In this document: in pieces, positions 36,023 to 49,424 of the stretch
Layout of the letters: every line of letters begins with the position of its first letter
How positions within the stretch are numbered: the first letter of the stretch is position 1
DNA from: Carcharhinus amblyrhynchos
Taxonomy: Eukaryota
DNA length: 64,000 bases
NCBI GenBank assembly: GCA_965287045.1
Contig: OZ336873.1
Location: 42,780,001-42,844,000, forward strand
Direction of reading: 5' to 3'
The notes under the pieces: model-generated
What the model saw: only the letters and a program-made list of their open reading frames with translations
The model's database searches: none
Told to the model about the DNA's origin: nothing
Position numbers and translations under genes: made by a program

Positions 36023-38605
36023 TGTTAAGTTAGACTGGGTCAGGTTGTAAATCATTCATCAGTACTACAAGATATTGGAATGAAACGGTGAGGGGGTTGG
36101 GGTGGCTGGAGGAATTACTGAGCTTTACCTTTGAGCTAAGGCCAGGGATAAATTCTGTAGCTGTTGATTGTGATGATACTGTGCCTTTAATAAATATAAG
36201 TGTATCATGTTTTATGTAAGGCATGTGTTTAGAATTTAGATCTGTTTTGCAGGCTGCTGACTTGTCTAAGAAATCATTTAAATTGGTAGCCAGGAGAACT
36301 GGATAAGTACTTTAAATGTTTGTTTAAGGAGGGCTAAGGCCTTTGTGTTTACTTAGGTTTTTCCTGGGGTTTCAGAGGGAGGTTTGATTAGGTTGATTGA
36401 TAAGAACAGTGTTGTGTGCTTAATGGGAGGAGTTGTTTTTCCTAATTGAATATTTCTCATCAGTGTTTACTGTTGAGAAAAGCATGGATATTAGGGAACC
36501 TGGGGAAATAAATAGTGATGTCTTGACTGTACATATTACAGAAAAGGAGGTGCTGGAAGTCTTAAAGCGCATCAAGGTAGATAATTGCCCGGGACCTGAT
36601 GAACTATATCCCAGGATGTTGTAGGAGGCTAGTGAGGAAATTACAGGTCCCCTCGCTGAGATGTATGAATCATCGATAGTCACGGGTGAGGTGCCTGAAG
36701 ATTGGAGAGTGGCAAATGTTGTGCCTTTGTTTAAAAAGGGCTGCAGGGAAAAGCCTGGGAACTACAGACCAGTTAGCCTCACATCTGTGGTGGGTAAATT
36801 GTTGGAAGATATTTTGAGAGACAGGATCTACAGGCATTTAGAGATGCAAGGACAGATTAGGGACAGTCAACATGGCTTTGTGAGTGGAAAATCATGTCAC
36901 ACAAATTTAATTGAGTTTTTTGAAGGGGTAACCAAGAAGATGAGGGCAGTGCAGTTGATGTTGACTACATGGACTTTAGCAAGGCCTTTGACAAGGTACC
37001 GCATGGTAGGTTGTTGATAAAGTTAAACCTCATGGGATTCAGGGTGAGGTATCTAAATGGATACAAAATTGGCTCCTTGACAGAAGTGAGAGGGTGGTTG
37101 TAGAGAGTTGTTTTTCAAACTGGAGGCCTGTGACCAGCAGTGTGCCTCAGGGATCAGTCCTGGGCCCACTGTTATTTGTCAGTTATATTAATGATTTGAA
37201 TGAGAATATGGGGGCATGGTTAGTAAGTTTGCAGATAACACTAAGATTGGTGGCAAAGTGGATAGTGAAGAAAGTTATCTCTAATTGCAACGGGCTTTTG
37301 ATCAATTGGGCCAGTGGGCTGATGAATGGCAGATGAAGTTTAATTTAGACAAATGCGAGGTGATGCATGTTGGTAGATTGAACCAGGGCAGGACTTACTC
37401 AATTAATGGTAGGGCATTGGGGAGAGTTACAGAACAAAGAGACCTAGGGGTACATGTTCATAGCTCCTTGAAAGTAGAGTCACAGGTGGACAAAGTAATG
37501 AAGAAGGCATTTGGCATGCTTGGTTTCATCAGTCAGAATATTGAATACAGGAGTTGGGATGTCTTGTTGAAGTTGTACAAGACATTGGTAAGGCCACACT
37601 TGGAATACTGTGTGCAATTCTGGTCACCCTATTATAGAAAAGATATTATTAAACTAGAAAGAGTGCAGAAAAGATTTATTAGGATGCTACCGGGACTTGA
37701 TGGATTGAGTTATAAGGAGAGGCTGAATAGACTGGGACTTTTTTCTCTGGAGCTTAGGAGGCTGAGCGGTGACCTTATAGAAGTCTTTAAAATAATGAGG
37801 GCACAGCCAAGGTAGATAGTCAATATCTTTTCCCAAAGGTAGGGGAGTCTAAAACTAGAGGGCATAGGTTTAAGGTGAGAGGGGAGAGATACAAAAGTGT
37901 CCAGAGGGACAGTTTTTTCACATAGAGGGTGGTAAGTGTCTGGAACAAGCTGCCAGGGGTAGTAGTAGAAGCGGGTACAATTTTATCGTTTAAAAAGCAT
38001 TTAGGCAGTTACATGGGTACGATGGGTATAGAGAGATATGGGCCAAATGCAAGCAATTGGGATTAGCTTAGGAGTTTTGTTTTAAAAAGGGCAGCAAGGA
38101 CAAGTTGGGCCGAAGGGCCTGTTTCCATGCTGTAAACCCCTATGACTCTATGACTCTAAGTTTCTCTTTCATTTTTAGAACACGCAGTTACTGTCTGATT
38201 CTAAAATAAGCAAGACGTATCTCTCTCTCTCTAGAAAGCTGCAAAACTGGTAACCTAAGTACAAACAAATGAGCCTGTGGTTTGTTATTAATTTTAAAGA
38301 GGAGGTTTAAGTCCATAAGAGGAATATTGCTTGAATTGGAACTCATAGGGATAGTTGAGCAGTTAAGGATTGTATCTTGTCATGTTTAAGCATTATTCAA
38401 TTGTTAAACATTAAGCTAATTCATTTATTATCATTAATCTGTGTTGTTAAATGAAGTTTACATTGATAAAGACTCTCTGGTTTGTCAGTAGAATCGTGCC
38501 TGGAGTGAAACATCAAATCCTCTCATTAAGGCCAAAACTGCAAATAGTTGGAGTCTAGTCTGACTTCATAATTTACCTTGGGGTTTCTGATCTGGTACCC
38601 TAACA
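36023..38605 (+). mobile_element. Solo LTR split by a CR1 insertion
   Basis: Termini TGTTA...TAACA; the 3' end is homologous, in reverse, to 43190-43260. The 5' boundary is uncertain. Confidence 0.55.
36440..38158 (+). mobile_element. CR1 RT fragment (about 1.7 kb, frameshifted)
   Basis: [36 protein letters not shown] and RPHLEYCVQFW motifs; (CTATGACT)n tail. Confidence 0.95.
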
Positions 38606-39644
38606 TGATGATTAAGCTTTTAGAGGAATATACTTTATTATCTTATTGTAGCTGCATTAGTCAGTTATTGAGGTCACTCCTAGACCTTAGTTAATGTTAT
38701 CAACTCTGATTAAATTTGTCTTATTCTGAGCCATTAGGGTCAAAGACAACAGACTTAAACATTAAAATAACAATCTTTTAAAAGTGCGCTTTCTCCATCC
38801 ATAAAAATATGATGTTTGATTTCTTGCCCAGCCAATTCCACTGTTTGTTATACTCTGAAAAATCGACCCATGACATCTTACACATGGTAAGAACAAATTG
38901 CTATCAAATAAACCATTTTATTCATTTCCATTTCAAATACAGTTTGACTGACAGCTTCTGGTCACAATTCCATTTATCTATCAGCTTGTAATGTCAAGAT
39001 CGACATTCTTGGCATAAAGTCAGTAAGTAGGTATCAACAATGCATATTTACAATTGAGCCAGTGACAGAATTGTAAACTATCAGCACATTACAGTTTTCA
39101 CTAACTTGACAATCATCTACAAGTTACTGCGAATGAGTATTGCTGTCCTACTGATATTTTTAAGACTAAAGTAATAAAAGAAAATGGAAGCCTCAATTTA
39201 CAGAACAAGAGAAATATCAAGCTGATAGAACACTCAGAAGGAGGCTATTCAGTGATTGTTGACCAAGTGTCATAGGTCACCAAATTTTACTCAGTTCAAA
39301 AGCCAATAGCTGCACTTGTCCTTACAGTAATGGGTGATGCCATCACCAACAAAATCGGTGATTATTTGTAGCCATTCAATACATGGCAGATCTCAGTGAA
39401 TCCATTCTCGGTGAGATTAAATTAATGAGCACTTTGCAGTCCAATCAAGAAAATTCATTTGTTCTTGCGCTGGAAACTTAAATTTATCTCCCCTTTCTCC
39501 AACTCTCCACTGCTGCAAAGTCCACTTGACCATAGGTGAATGAATACATAATTAACTGGACACCCTTCAAAATTCAGAAACGTGGCAACGAGAGAAACTG
39601 CAGTGGTGACATTATTAAACCTTAGCTCATCATGAGAGAAAGAA

Positions 39645-39760
39645 GCACTTATATTTATGTAGCACCTTTCACAATCTGAAGATCCCAAAGTGCTTTACAG
39701 CTTTACAGCCAATAGAGTACTTTAGAACTGTAAATATTGCATATGACTACACAAACCAAA
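39645..39760 (-). mobile_element. DeuSINE-like tail fragment
   Basis: TATTTATGTAGCACCTTTCACAA...CCCAAAGTGCTTTACAG. Confidence 0.5.
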
Positions 39761-39767
39761 GGCCTCA

Positions 39768-42565
39768 GAGTGTTGCTCTGACCGCGCGGTGAGTGTTGCT
39801 CTGACCGCGCGGTGAGTGTTGCTCTGACCGCGCGGTGGGTGTTGCTCTGACCGCGCGGTGGGTGTTGCTCTGACCGCGCGGTGGGTGTTGCTCTGACCGC
39901 GCGGTGGGTGTTGCTCTGACCGCGCGGTGGGTGTCGCTCTGACCGCGCGGTGAGTGTCGCTCTGACCGCGCGGTGAGTGTCGCTCTGACCGCGCGGTGAG
40001 TGCCGCTCTGACCGCGCGGTGAGTGCCGCTCTGACCGCGCGGTGAGTGCCGCTCTGACCGCGCGGTGAGTGCCGCTCTGACCGCGCGGTGAGTGCCGCTC
40101 TGACCGCGCGGTGAGTGCCGCTCTGACCGCGCGGTGAGTGCCGCTCTGACCGCGCGGTGAGTGCCGCTCTGACCGCGCGGTGAGTGCCGCTCTGACCGCG
40201 CGGTGAGTGCCGCTCTGACCGCGCGGTGAGTGCCGCTCTGACCGCGCGGTGAGTGTTCCTCTGACCGCGCGGTGACTGTTGCTCTGACCGCACGGTGACT
40301 GTTGCTCTGACCGCACGGTGACTGTTGCTCTGACCGCACGGTGAGTGTTGCTCTGACCGCACGGTGAGTGTTCCTCTGACCGCACGGTGACTGTTGCTCT
40401 GACCGCACGGTGAGTGTTGCTCTGACCGCACGGTGAGTGTTCCTCTGACCGCACGGTGAGTGTTGCTCTGACCGCACGGTGACTGTTGCTCTGACCGCAC
40501 GGTGACTGTTGCTCTGACTGTACGGTGAGTGTTGCTCTGACCGCACGGTGAGTGTTGCTCTGACCGCACGGTGAGTGTCGCTCTGACCGCACGGTGACTG
40601 TTGCTCTGACCGCACGGTGAGTGTCGCTCTGACCGCACGGTGACTGTTGCTCTGACCGCACGGTGAGTGTCGCTCTGACCGCACGGTGAGTGCTGCTCTG
40701 ACCGCACGGTGAGTGTTCCTCTGACCGCACGGTGAGTGTTGCTCTGACCGCACGGTGAGTGTTGCTCTGACCGCACGGTGAGTGTTGCTCTGACCGCACG
40801 GTGAGTGTTGCTCTGACCGCACGGTGAGTGTTCCTCTGACCGCACGGTGACTGTTGCTCTGACCGCACGGTGAGTGTTGCTCTGACCGCACGGTGAGTGT
40901 TCCTCTGACCGCACGGTGAGTGTTGCTCTGACCGCACGGTGACTGTTGCTCTGACCGCACGGTGACTGTTGCTCTGACCGCACGGTGACTGTTGCTCTGA
41001 CCGCACGGTGACTGTTGCTCTGACCGCACGGTGAGTGTTGCTCTGACCGCACGGTGACTGTTGCTCTGACCGCACGGTGAGTGTTGCTCTGACCGCACGG
41101 TGACTGTTGCTCTGACCGCACGGTGAGTGTTGCTCTGACCGCACGGTGAGTGTTGCTCTGACCGCACGGTGACTGTTGCTCTGACCGCACGGTGACTGTT
41201 GCTCTGACCGCACGGTGACTGTTGCTCTGACCGTACGGTGAGTGTTGCTCTGACCGTACGGTGAGTGTTCCTCTGACCGCACGGTGAGTGTTGCTCTGAC
41301 CGCACGGTGAGTGTTCCTCTGACCGCACGGTGACTGTTGCTCTGACCGCACGGTGAGTGTTGCTCTGACCGCACGGTGAGTGTTCCTCTGACCGCACGGT
41401 GAGTGTTGCTCTGACCGCACGGTGACTGTTGCTCTGACCGCACGGTGACTGTTGCTCTGACCGCACGGTGAGTGTTGCTCTGACCGCACGGTGACTGTTG
41501 CTCTGACCGCACGGTGAGTGTTGCTCTGACCGCACGGTGAGTGTTCCTCTGACCGCACGGTGAGTGTTGCTCTGACCGCACGGTGAGTGTTCCTCTGACC
41601 GCACGGTGACTGTTGCTCTGACCGCACGGTGAGTGTTGCTCTGACCGCACGGTGAGTGTTCCTCTGACCGCACGGTGAGTGTTGCTCTGACCGCACGGTG
41701 ACTGTTGCTCTGACCGCACGGTGACTGTTGCTCTGACCGCACGGTGAGTGTTGCTCTGACCGCACGGTGACTGTTGCTCTGACCGCACGGTGAGTGTTGC
41801 TCTGACCGCACGGTGACTGTTGCTCTGACCGCACGGTGAGTGTTGCTCTGACCGCACGGTGAGTGTTGCTCTGACCGCACGGTGAGTGTTGCTCTGACCG
41901 CACGGTGAGTGTTGCTCTGACCGCACGGTGAGTGTTGCTCTGACCGCACGGTGAGTGTTGCTCTGACCGTACGGTGAGTGTTGCTCTGACCGCACGGTGA
42001 GTGTTGCTCTGACCGCACGGTGAGTGTTGCTCTGACCGCACGGTGAGTGTTGCTCTGACCGCACGGTGAGTGTTGCTCTGACCGTACGGTGAGTGTTGCT
42101 CTGACCGCACGGTGAGTGTTGCTCTGACCGCACGGTGAGTGTTGCTCTGACCGTACGGTGAGTGTTGCTCTGACCGTACGGTGAGTGTTGCTCTGACCGC
42201 ACGGTGAGTGTTGCTCTGACCGCACGGTGAGTGTTGCTCTGACCGTACGGTGAGTGTTGCTCTGACCGTACGGTGAGTGTTGCTCTGACTGTACGGTGAG
42301 TGTTGCTCTGACCGCACGGTGAGTGTTGCTCTGACCGTACGGTGAGTGTTGCTCTGACCGCACGGTGAGTGTTGCTCTGACCGCACGGTGAGTGTCGCTC
42401 TGACCGCACGGTGAGTGTCGCTCTGACCGCACGGTGAGTGTTGCTCTGACCGCACGGTGAGTGTCGCTCTGACCGCACGGTGAGTGTTGCTCTGACCGCA
42501 CGGTGAGTGTTGCTCTGACTGTACGGTGAGTGTTGCTCTGACCGCACGGTGAGTGTTCCTCTGAC
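39768..42565. repeat. 23-bp minisatellite, about 122 units, consensus GAGTGTTGCTCTGACCGCACGGT
   Basis: Directly visible uninterrupted tandem array with point variants. Confidence 0.99.
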
Positions 42566-43150
42566 TGGAGGCAGGGAGGGTACCAGAGGACTAGAAAGTA
42601 GCTAACGTAATACTGCTGTTTAAGAAGAGAGGGAGGCAGCAGATGGGAAACTATAGACCGGTTAGCCTGACTTTGGTCATTGGCAAGATTTTAGAGTCAA
42701 TTATTAAAGATGAAATCAGAGTATTTGGAAGGGCATGATGGAGTGGGTCTGACTCAGCACAGCTTTGTCAAGGGGAGGGCATGACTGACAAATCTGATAG
42801 AGTTCTTTGAGGAGGTAACAAGGAAGTTAGATAGAGGAGAACCAGTGGACATGATTTATTTAGATTTCCAGAAGGCCTTTGATGAGGTGCCGCATAGGAG
42901 ACTGTTAAAAAAAATTAAGTGCCCATGGTGTTGAGGGTAAGATCCTGGCAATGGATAGAGGATTGGCTGACTGGCAGAAAGCAGAGAGTGAGGATAAAGG
43001 GGTCTTTTTCAGGATGGCAGCTGGTGATTAGTGGTGTGCCTCAGAGGTCAGTGCTCGGCCCACAACTTTTCACAATATACATTAACGATTTGGAGGAAGG
43101 AACTAAAGGCACTTTTGCTAAGTTTGCAGATGATACAAAGATATGCAGAG
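42564..43150 (+). mobile_element. CR1 RT internal fragment
   Basis: VPED*KVANV, NYRPVSLT, DFQKAFD, GVPQRSVLGP and FADD motifs. Confidence 0.9.
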
Positions 43151-43189
43151 GAATAATAAAGTATGTTCCTCTGAAAGTTTTATCATCAT

Positions 43190-43920
43190 ATTAGGGTGCC
43201 AGATCAGAAACACAAGGTATGTTATGAAGTCAGGCCAGACCCCAACAATTTGCTATTTTGGGCCAGATCAAGGTGAGTCCGCTGCCACTTTGCGTGCTAT
43301 TGGCGCGGGGGGGTAGGGCAGTGGGCACGATCGTTAAGGGTAGTAAAGGGGGTTGGGTGGATAAGGGGGACAGTTATGTTGTGGGGGTGGGGCAATGTCT
43401 ATGGGGGCCATACATTTGTGCAGCTCGAGAGCAATATGGCAAGGAGCGTTTTCAACTTTTTTTTTACTGTGCATGTACAGTTGAAGGTTTTTATCAGAGC
43501 AGCAGTGTTTTGGGCGCAATAAGACCCACCCACAGGCTTCTGCAGTGTGATTCAGAATCGCTGATTTTTATTCAGGCTGAGTGCATATGGGGGCACCGCA
43601 GAAAGGATTTACAAGTCGGATTCAGATTCAGCACTTAGAATCAAAATGGTAACATTGGGCCCAACGTTTCACTCCAGGTATGATTACACTGACAAACTAG
43701 GGAGCTTTTATCAAAACAAGCTTTATTTAACAACACAGCTTAATGAGAACAAATAAATTAGCTTAACATTTAACAATTGAATGATACTTAAATGTGACAA
43801 TATACAATTTTTAACAGCTCACTTATCCTTATGAGCTCCAGTTCAAGCAATATTCCTCTTCTAGACTTAAATCCCGTCTTTAAAATTAGTTACCAAAACA
43901 CTGGCTCACTTGTTTGTACT
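43190..43920 (-). mobile_element. Partial LTR (same family as 36023-38605) interrupted by a GC-rich MITE (about 43280-43662)
   Basis: TTAGGGTGCCAGATCAGAAAC...TTATGAAGTCAG is the reverse complement of 38560-38603. Confidence 0.6.
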
Positions 43921-44289
43921 TACATTGCCAGTTAATTATATCTGCCTTCTAATAACTGTTGTCATTTGCATTTTTGTTGTATCTGCAGTGTTCCACAATA
44001 ATCTGAATTAATATATGGAAAATAAAGGCCTCTTTCACTATTTGTCTGGAGTTACCACAGTGTTAAATCTTCATTTCATAATATCTCCCATACTGGGGAT
44101 GGCCCATGGACCAAACGTGCCCCACATGCTCCCTCCATCCAGCTCCTGAAACTCCTTCCAGTTCCACATTTAAAGACATCCTCAGCAGTTCTGGATATGG
44201 ATATTTTAAAGTTGCTGGGTCAGGAAAATGGAAGAAAGTTTGTTCCTTTTGGTGAATTTTAGCATGCTGGGGAGTAACCATTATAATTT

Positions 44290-44455
44290 CCAAGGATTTT
44301 CAAGAAGGAGAAAGATATATTTCTCATAAAAAAAGGGATAAAGGGATATGGGGAAGAGATGGGGAGGTGGTTTTGAGACTAGAGAGAGATCAGCCATGAA
44401 TGGCGGAGCAGGCTCGAAGAGCTGAATTTGCATACTTTTGCTCCTAATTCCTATC
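44290..44455 (+). mobile_element. CR1 3'UTR fragment
   Basis: GGATAAAGGGATATGGGG...ATCAGCCATGAATGGCGGAGCAGGCTCGAAG. Confidence 0.75.
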
Positions 44456-45156
44456 CCGATCTTGGAATTTCAAATAACTAAAGTTTCCAACTTTTTAAAA
44501 TCTGGAGGGAATCTGAGGTGGAGTTCACATTTTATAGAGGGGCCTCAGTTTTTGTGCATTTTGAGGACATCGATGGATCTCCTTTTTCTATACAGAACTT
44601 TCGTAGTTTTTATATACCTGGGGGCTTACATAACCATAAGCGGCCCACTTACTGACTTACACATATTTAGACAGCACACAGCTCCAGAGGTTTAAATATG
44701 TCTATCAGTTTCTATAGAGAAATTACACTTGAATTTGCCAGTAAACCTGTCAGGTGAATTAACTTCATCTAATATAATTTTGATGTACAGACCCTCCTTG
44801 TTAATCTGTTTCCTCTATGTAATTATTATCCCTCCGAAACTCATTCCAAGATAATAAAACATCATTCTATTCAGTAATGTCTCATTGTTTGCAATATCTT
44901 TCATTGAGCAACAATACATTATGTGCTTTATTATTATAGCTGGTTCTGAAGTAGAAGCTGGTTCTGCGGGTAAATGCTAAACCAGATAAATACTAATCAA
45001 TACATTTCTTCCATTTCAGATTTTAGTCTTGGCCACAATTCCTTTGTAGCCCTACAAATCTCTTCAGTGTACCCAATCATTGCATGAGAAATTTCTCTTT
45101 GTTAGTAAAACATAACAACTCATATTTTTTGTTTTATACCTCAGCCATATATAAAT

Positions 45157-45749
45157 TTAGGGACCCAGGTTCAAATCCCACCATGGCAGATAATGAAATA
45201 TGCATTCAATAAAAAGTCTAGAATTAAAAATTTGATAATGACCAGAAAACCATTGTTGATTGTTGATTTGATTTGATTTGATTTATTATCATCACATGTA
45301 TTAGTATACAGTGAAAAGTATTGTTTCTTGTGCGCTATACAAAGCATGCAGTACATAGAGAAGGAAAAGAAAGGGTGCAAAATGTAGTGCTATGGTCATA
45401 GATAGGGAGTAGAAAAAGGTCAACTTAATATGATATAGGTCTGTTCAAAGGTCTGATGGCAGCAGAAAAGAAATTGTTTTTGAGTCAGTTGATATGTGTC
45501 TTCAGACTTTTGTATTTTATTCCCAATGGAAGACAGTGTGCTCAGGGTACATGGGGTCCTTGATTATGCTGGCTGCTTTTTCAGGGCACTAATGCCTTTT
45601 AGGGAAGGAAATCTGCCGTCCTTACCTAGTGTGGCTATATGTGACTCCAGACCACAGAAATGTGGTTGACTCTTAAACGGACTTAGGGATGGGCAATAAA
45701 TGCTGGCCCAGCCAGTGACGTCTACATCCCATGGACAAATTAAAAAAAT
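45157..45749 (+). mobile_element. tRNA-head SINE of the second family, interrupted by Rex1
   Basis: B-box-like GGTTCAAATCCC and tail GGGCAATAAATGCTGGCC...CATCCCATG. Confidence 0.7.
45263..45582 (-). mobile_element. Rex1/Babar LINE 3' end
   Basis: Reverse match to 32680-33004; (ATTTG)n on the plus strand. Confidence 0.85.
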
Positions 45750-45759
45750 GATGCAATCC

Positions 45760-46035
45760 TCTAATTGTACATAGCAAGGCCCCAAAAACAACTGTAAGAT
45801 AAATAACCAGTCTCTAGCCGTGATGTTTGGGCTAAATGTTTGGCCCATGTACCAGATTTCCTTTGCTCCTTGAATATGGCCACATGATCCTTTACATGCT
45901 TCTGAAAGAACAGACAGGGCCTTACCTTATTTGAAAATGGCACCTCTGATAGCACCCACTAGTGTGCTAAAGAATTAGCTTAGCTTATGAGTTCAAGTCA
46001 TTGAATTAAGCTTTAACTCCATTGCCACTAAACCA
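45760..46035 (-). mobile_element. DeuSINE-like element
   Basis: Minus strand AGAGGTGCC...GGCCCTGTCTG...TGTAAAGGATCATGTGGC resembles the Deu domain. Confidence 0.55.
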
Positions 46036-46315
46036 AAGGTTGACACAACAATATTTAGCAAAACGTTACACCGTTCTTTGGAGCAACTGTGCTGAAAGCA
46101 ATTCCCCTTGCCAGCCATCTGTTTTTTTTCAGGTCAAGCTGAACATTTGTGGAATATTCCCTCTGTAACCTCCAGCTTCAGCTAACCTGAAAGCTTTTAC
46201 AATTTAATGATATGCAGTAACACACACGCAGACAGACATTTATAACCTATGTGTCATTGTCATTGTTGCCAACTGGGATAGCATTTAACCCCCTAAGACT
46301 GAAACTATCAAACCC

Positions 46316-46758
46316 ATGGTGGCACATTGGTTAGCACTGCTGCCTCAAAATGCCAGGGACCTAGGTTCAATTCCAGGCTTGGTCACTGTCAGTGTGGAGT
46401 TTGCACATTCTCCCTGTGTCTGCATGGGTTTCCTTCAAGTGCTCCGGTTTCCTCCCACAGTAAAAGGATGTGCGGATTAGGTTGATTGGCCATGCTAAAT
46501 TACCCCTCAGGGGTGAATTTCAGCATCCTGCCCCCATGGAAATCAGAGCAGGTGAGGGGTGGACCATGGAAAGGTCTGTTGACCTCCAGTGGGATTTTCC
46601 AGTTATGCGGTGAGTGTGGCTGGAAAGTCCCACCCTTGGTGTTGGGGGATTAGCAGGGTAAATATGTGGGGTTAAGGGGAAAAGGGTGGGATTGTTGTTG
46701 GTGCAGTTTTGACGGGCCAAGTGGTTTCCTCCTGCACTGTGGGGATTCTAGGATTTCC
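46316..46758 (+). mobile_element. V-SINE, tail type A, with a MITE inserted at 46510-46636
   Basis: The SINE body is split after CCCCTCA by a GGGGTGAATTT...AAAGTCCCACCC element. Confidence 0.85.
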
Positions 46759-47394
46759 AAGCTGAAAGGTATAGTTTATGAATACCTGGAAATGCCTTAC
46801 ATGTAGGGACTTTCCTTCATCAAATTGGAAACTGACTACTGCCAATTCAACTCGTCAGAGGATTTTGAAGCATGGAAAGATTGCTTTAAACATCATTGGG
46901 TTGTCTGGGTAGGGATTTTAATAGATAATTATGGTAACTTCCTGTACCTTTATTAAAAGTCTACAAACAGCTCTATGATTTGAGTTGGAAATCTAAACGT
47001 GTCAATCTATTTACATTTCAGAAAATGTGATTGTTTAGTCACTGCCCCTTCCCTTACTGCAACCAGGTTTTAAAATCATGCAGCATCCATGCATAAAACA
47101 CATGAATGAACACAAATAAAATCTCTTCAACAAAGTCAGATGTTTTCAACGGTTAAACATCCTTTCCAGTAAAACAAAAAAGCCGTGTCTAGTGTTACGC
47201 TTTTATAAAATACACATTGCCCTCACATTTATTAGTTGCACAAACAATAAATTAGGCTCCTTTCGAGTATTAGTTTTATTCTGCTATACATCTGTACACT
47301 CCTGCCTTTCCCTTCAAGAGGGCCACTCATGCATCTACTAAAAAGTGTAATATGATTCTCACTGCTCTTTTAACAAGTGTGTTCAGACAGGAAT

Positions 47395-47490
47395 ATGTCC
47401 CCAGGTGTGTATAAAAGATCCATGGCATATTGAAAAGGAGCAGTGGAGTTACCCCAGTATTCTGTCCATTATTTAACCCTCAAACAACAG
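47395..47490 (+). mobile_element. DeuSINE core fragment
   Basis: CAGGTGTGTATAAAAGATCCATGGCA...GAGCAGTGGAGTT...ATTTAACCCTCAA. Confidence 0.6.
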
Positions 47491-47527
47491 GGATGATTTT
47501 GTGTCTGCGTTCACTGCGATCACAAAA

Positions 47528-47803
47528 GTGGCACAGTGGTTAGCACTGCTGCCTCACAGTGCCAGGGACTGGGGTTCACTTCCAATCTTGGGTGACTGTC
47601 TGTGTGGTGTCTGCATATTCCCCCCTGCTCCAGTTTCCTCCCCCACTCCAAAGATGTGCAGATTAGATTGATTGGTCAAGCTAAATTGACCCTCAGTGTC
47701 AGGGTAATAGGTGAGGCTACGGGGATTGGACCTGGGTGGGAATATGGTCAGTGCAGACTTGATGGGTTAAATGGCCTTCTGCACTGTAGAGATTTGATGA
47801 TTC
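47528..47803 (+). mobile_element. V-SINE, tail type A
   Basis: Head, V-domain and tail. Confidence 0.85.
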
Positions 47804-48149
47804 TTTGCAAAGATGACATGGCACAAAATCTCTCAAGGATTGGAAAATGAGATTCTTGCCGGTGAGATCTTGATTTCTGATTTTCTCCGTCCATCACGGG
47901 TGAAGTAACAGGGTTCCTGCCCTTGTTTAAATCTATTTAAAAGGCATCCCCACCATATGGTCCCTCCAGGTAAGGAATCCCTCCCTGCGTTGCAGTCCCT
48001 ATCACATCCCTTCCTGCTAAAATGATGGTGGAAACCTCAGCCCAGATTCTCTGTGCACCAAGTTCCAGAGAATCTGGAGAGAGAATTCGGCTCAGTAGCT
48101 GGAGATCAACGGGCCTGTTTTCCTGCTGAAACTGACACATTGAAACAGT

Positions 48150-48330
48150 GCCGGAATATTCTGCCCAGCATCATAAAGATATACCATGTACCATGTGGTC
48201 ATTAGCAATTTGCTGATGTGGGAGCTTGCTGTGCGCAAAGTGGCTGCAGTGTTTCCAACACTACAATGGTGACGACACCTCAAAAGTACTAAATTGGCTG
48301 TAAAGTTCTTTGGGTTGTTGGAAATGCAAA
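48150..48330 (+). mobile_element. DeuSINE-like 3' fragment
   Basis: GTGGGAGCTTGCTGTGCGCAAA...AAAAGTACTAAATTGGCTGTAAAG. Confidence 0.6.
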
Positions 48331-49125
48331 GCCTGATTGTTTTTTCTTCCTTTATATGATCTTGTCCATCCAAACATTTATAGTCACGTAGGAGATGAGA
48401 TTTACGCTCACACAATAAATGAGTGGCAATGCCAATATCACCATGGTGTATCTCAGCGGTGCCTGAGGCGAATGGATTTGAAGGTGTAAGTCAACCTAAC
48501 AATCTATACATTGCCCTGGGGAGTGAGTGAGTCACCGCCACTGCCTCCCCAAGTGGGTCCCTGGTGCTGTGAGGTGGCAGTCCATGACTTAAAGTCAGTT
48601 AGTAGTAGCAAGATAGAGATCAGATACACTATACTTAATGTCCCAGTGAATATCATCTGTGTATAGTCTTATCTTCAAATACAGAACCCATGTTATTTTC
48701 TCACCAGTCCTTGTGTACAATAAGTACATTATGTCTAAAAGAAGAATGTAATGTAGTGACAGGGTGGTAGGAACTATGATTATGCAAAATATACAAGCTG
48801 CAATATTTTACATCCAGTAGAACAAAAGGCCTGGTGTGTGCATGAAACAACCATCAAACCTTGCCTTGTATCAGGGTTCTGCAGCTTTCTAGTGATTCTA
48901 CACATACTGTCAGTTCATTTTAGGATCACACCTCGTTCCTGGTAGCAAGTATCAGGTCCTGGTAAGATTGCTCAAATTTGGGTGACCTTAATTTAGTAAG
49001 AGTTGAACTTCTGCAAAGTCTAAGCAGGAAGTGAAATTGAACAGCAGACTGCAAGCAGTCTCACTTTAATTAGTACTTCACAGACAGGAGAATTCATTAT
49101 TGGTGAAGGACTGCAGACTGGACTG

Positions 49126-49424
49126 AGAATCATAGAATCCCGCCAGTGCAGAAAGAGGCCATTCTGCCCATTGAGCACTGATAACAATCCCCGTAACCCC
49201 ATGTGTTTACCCTACTAATTTCCCTGATACTAAGGGGCAATTTAGCATGGCCAATCTACCTAACTCACAACCCAGGATGAGGAAGGAAACCAGAGCACCA
49301 GAGGAAACTGACATAGACACAGGGAGATTGTGCAAACTTCACACAGACAGTGAGTCAAGCTGGGAATTGAACCCTGGCCCCTGGTGCTATGAGGCAGCAG
49401 TGCTAACCACTGTGCCACCATGCT
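49126..49424 (-). mobile_element. V-SINE, tail type A
   Basis: Head, V-domain and tail on the minus strand. Confidence 0.85.

Noticed and set aside
39703-42547. Three ORFs of about 900 aa on the minus strand
   Set aside because: They arise from a stop-free 23-bp repeat; because 23 is not divisible by 3, all three frames give the same periodic peptide. There is no evidence of a gene.
39768-42565. CRISPR array
   Set aside because: The units are contiguous with no unique spacers, no cas genes are present, and the context is eukaryotic.
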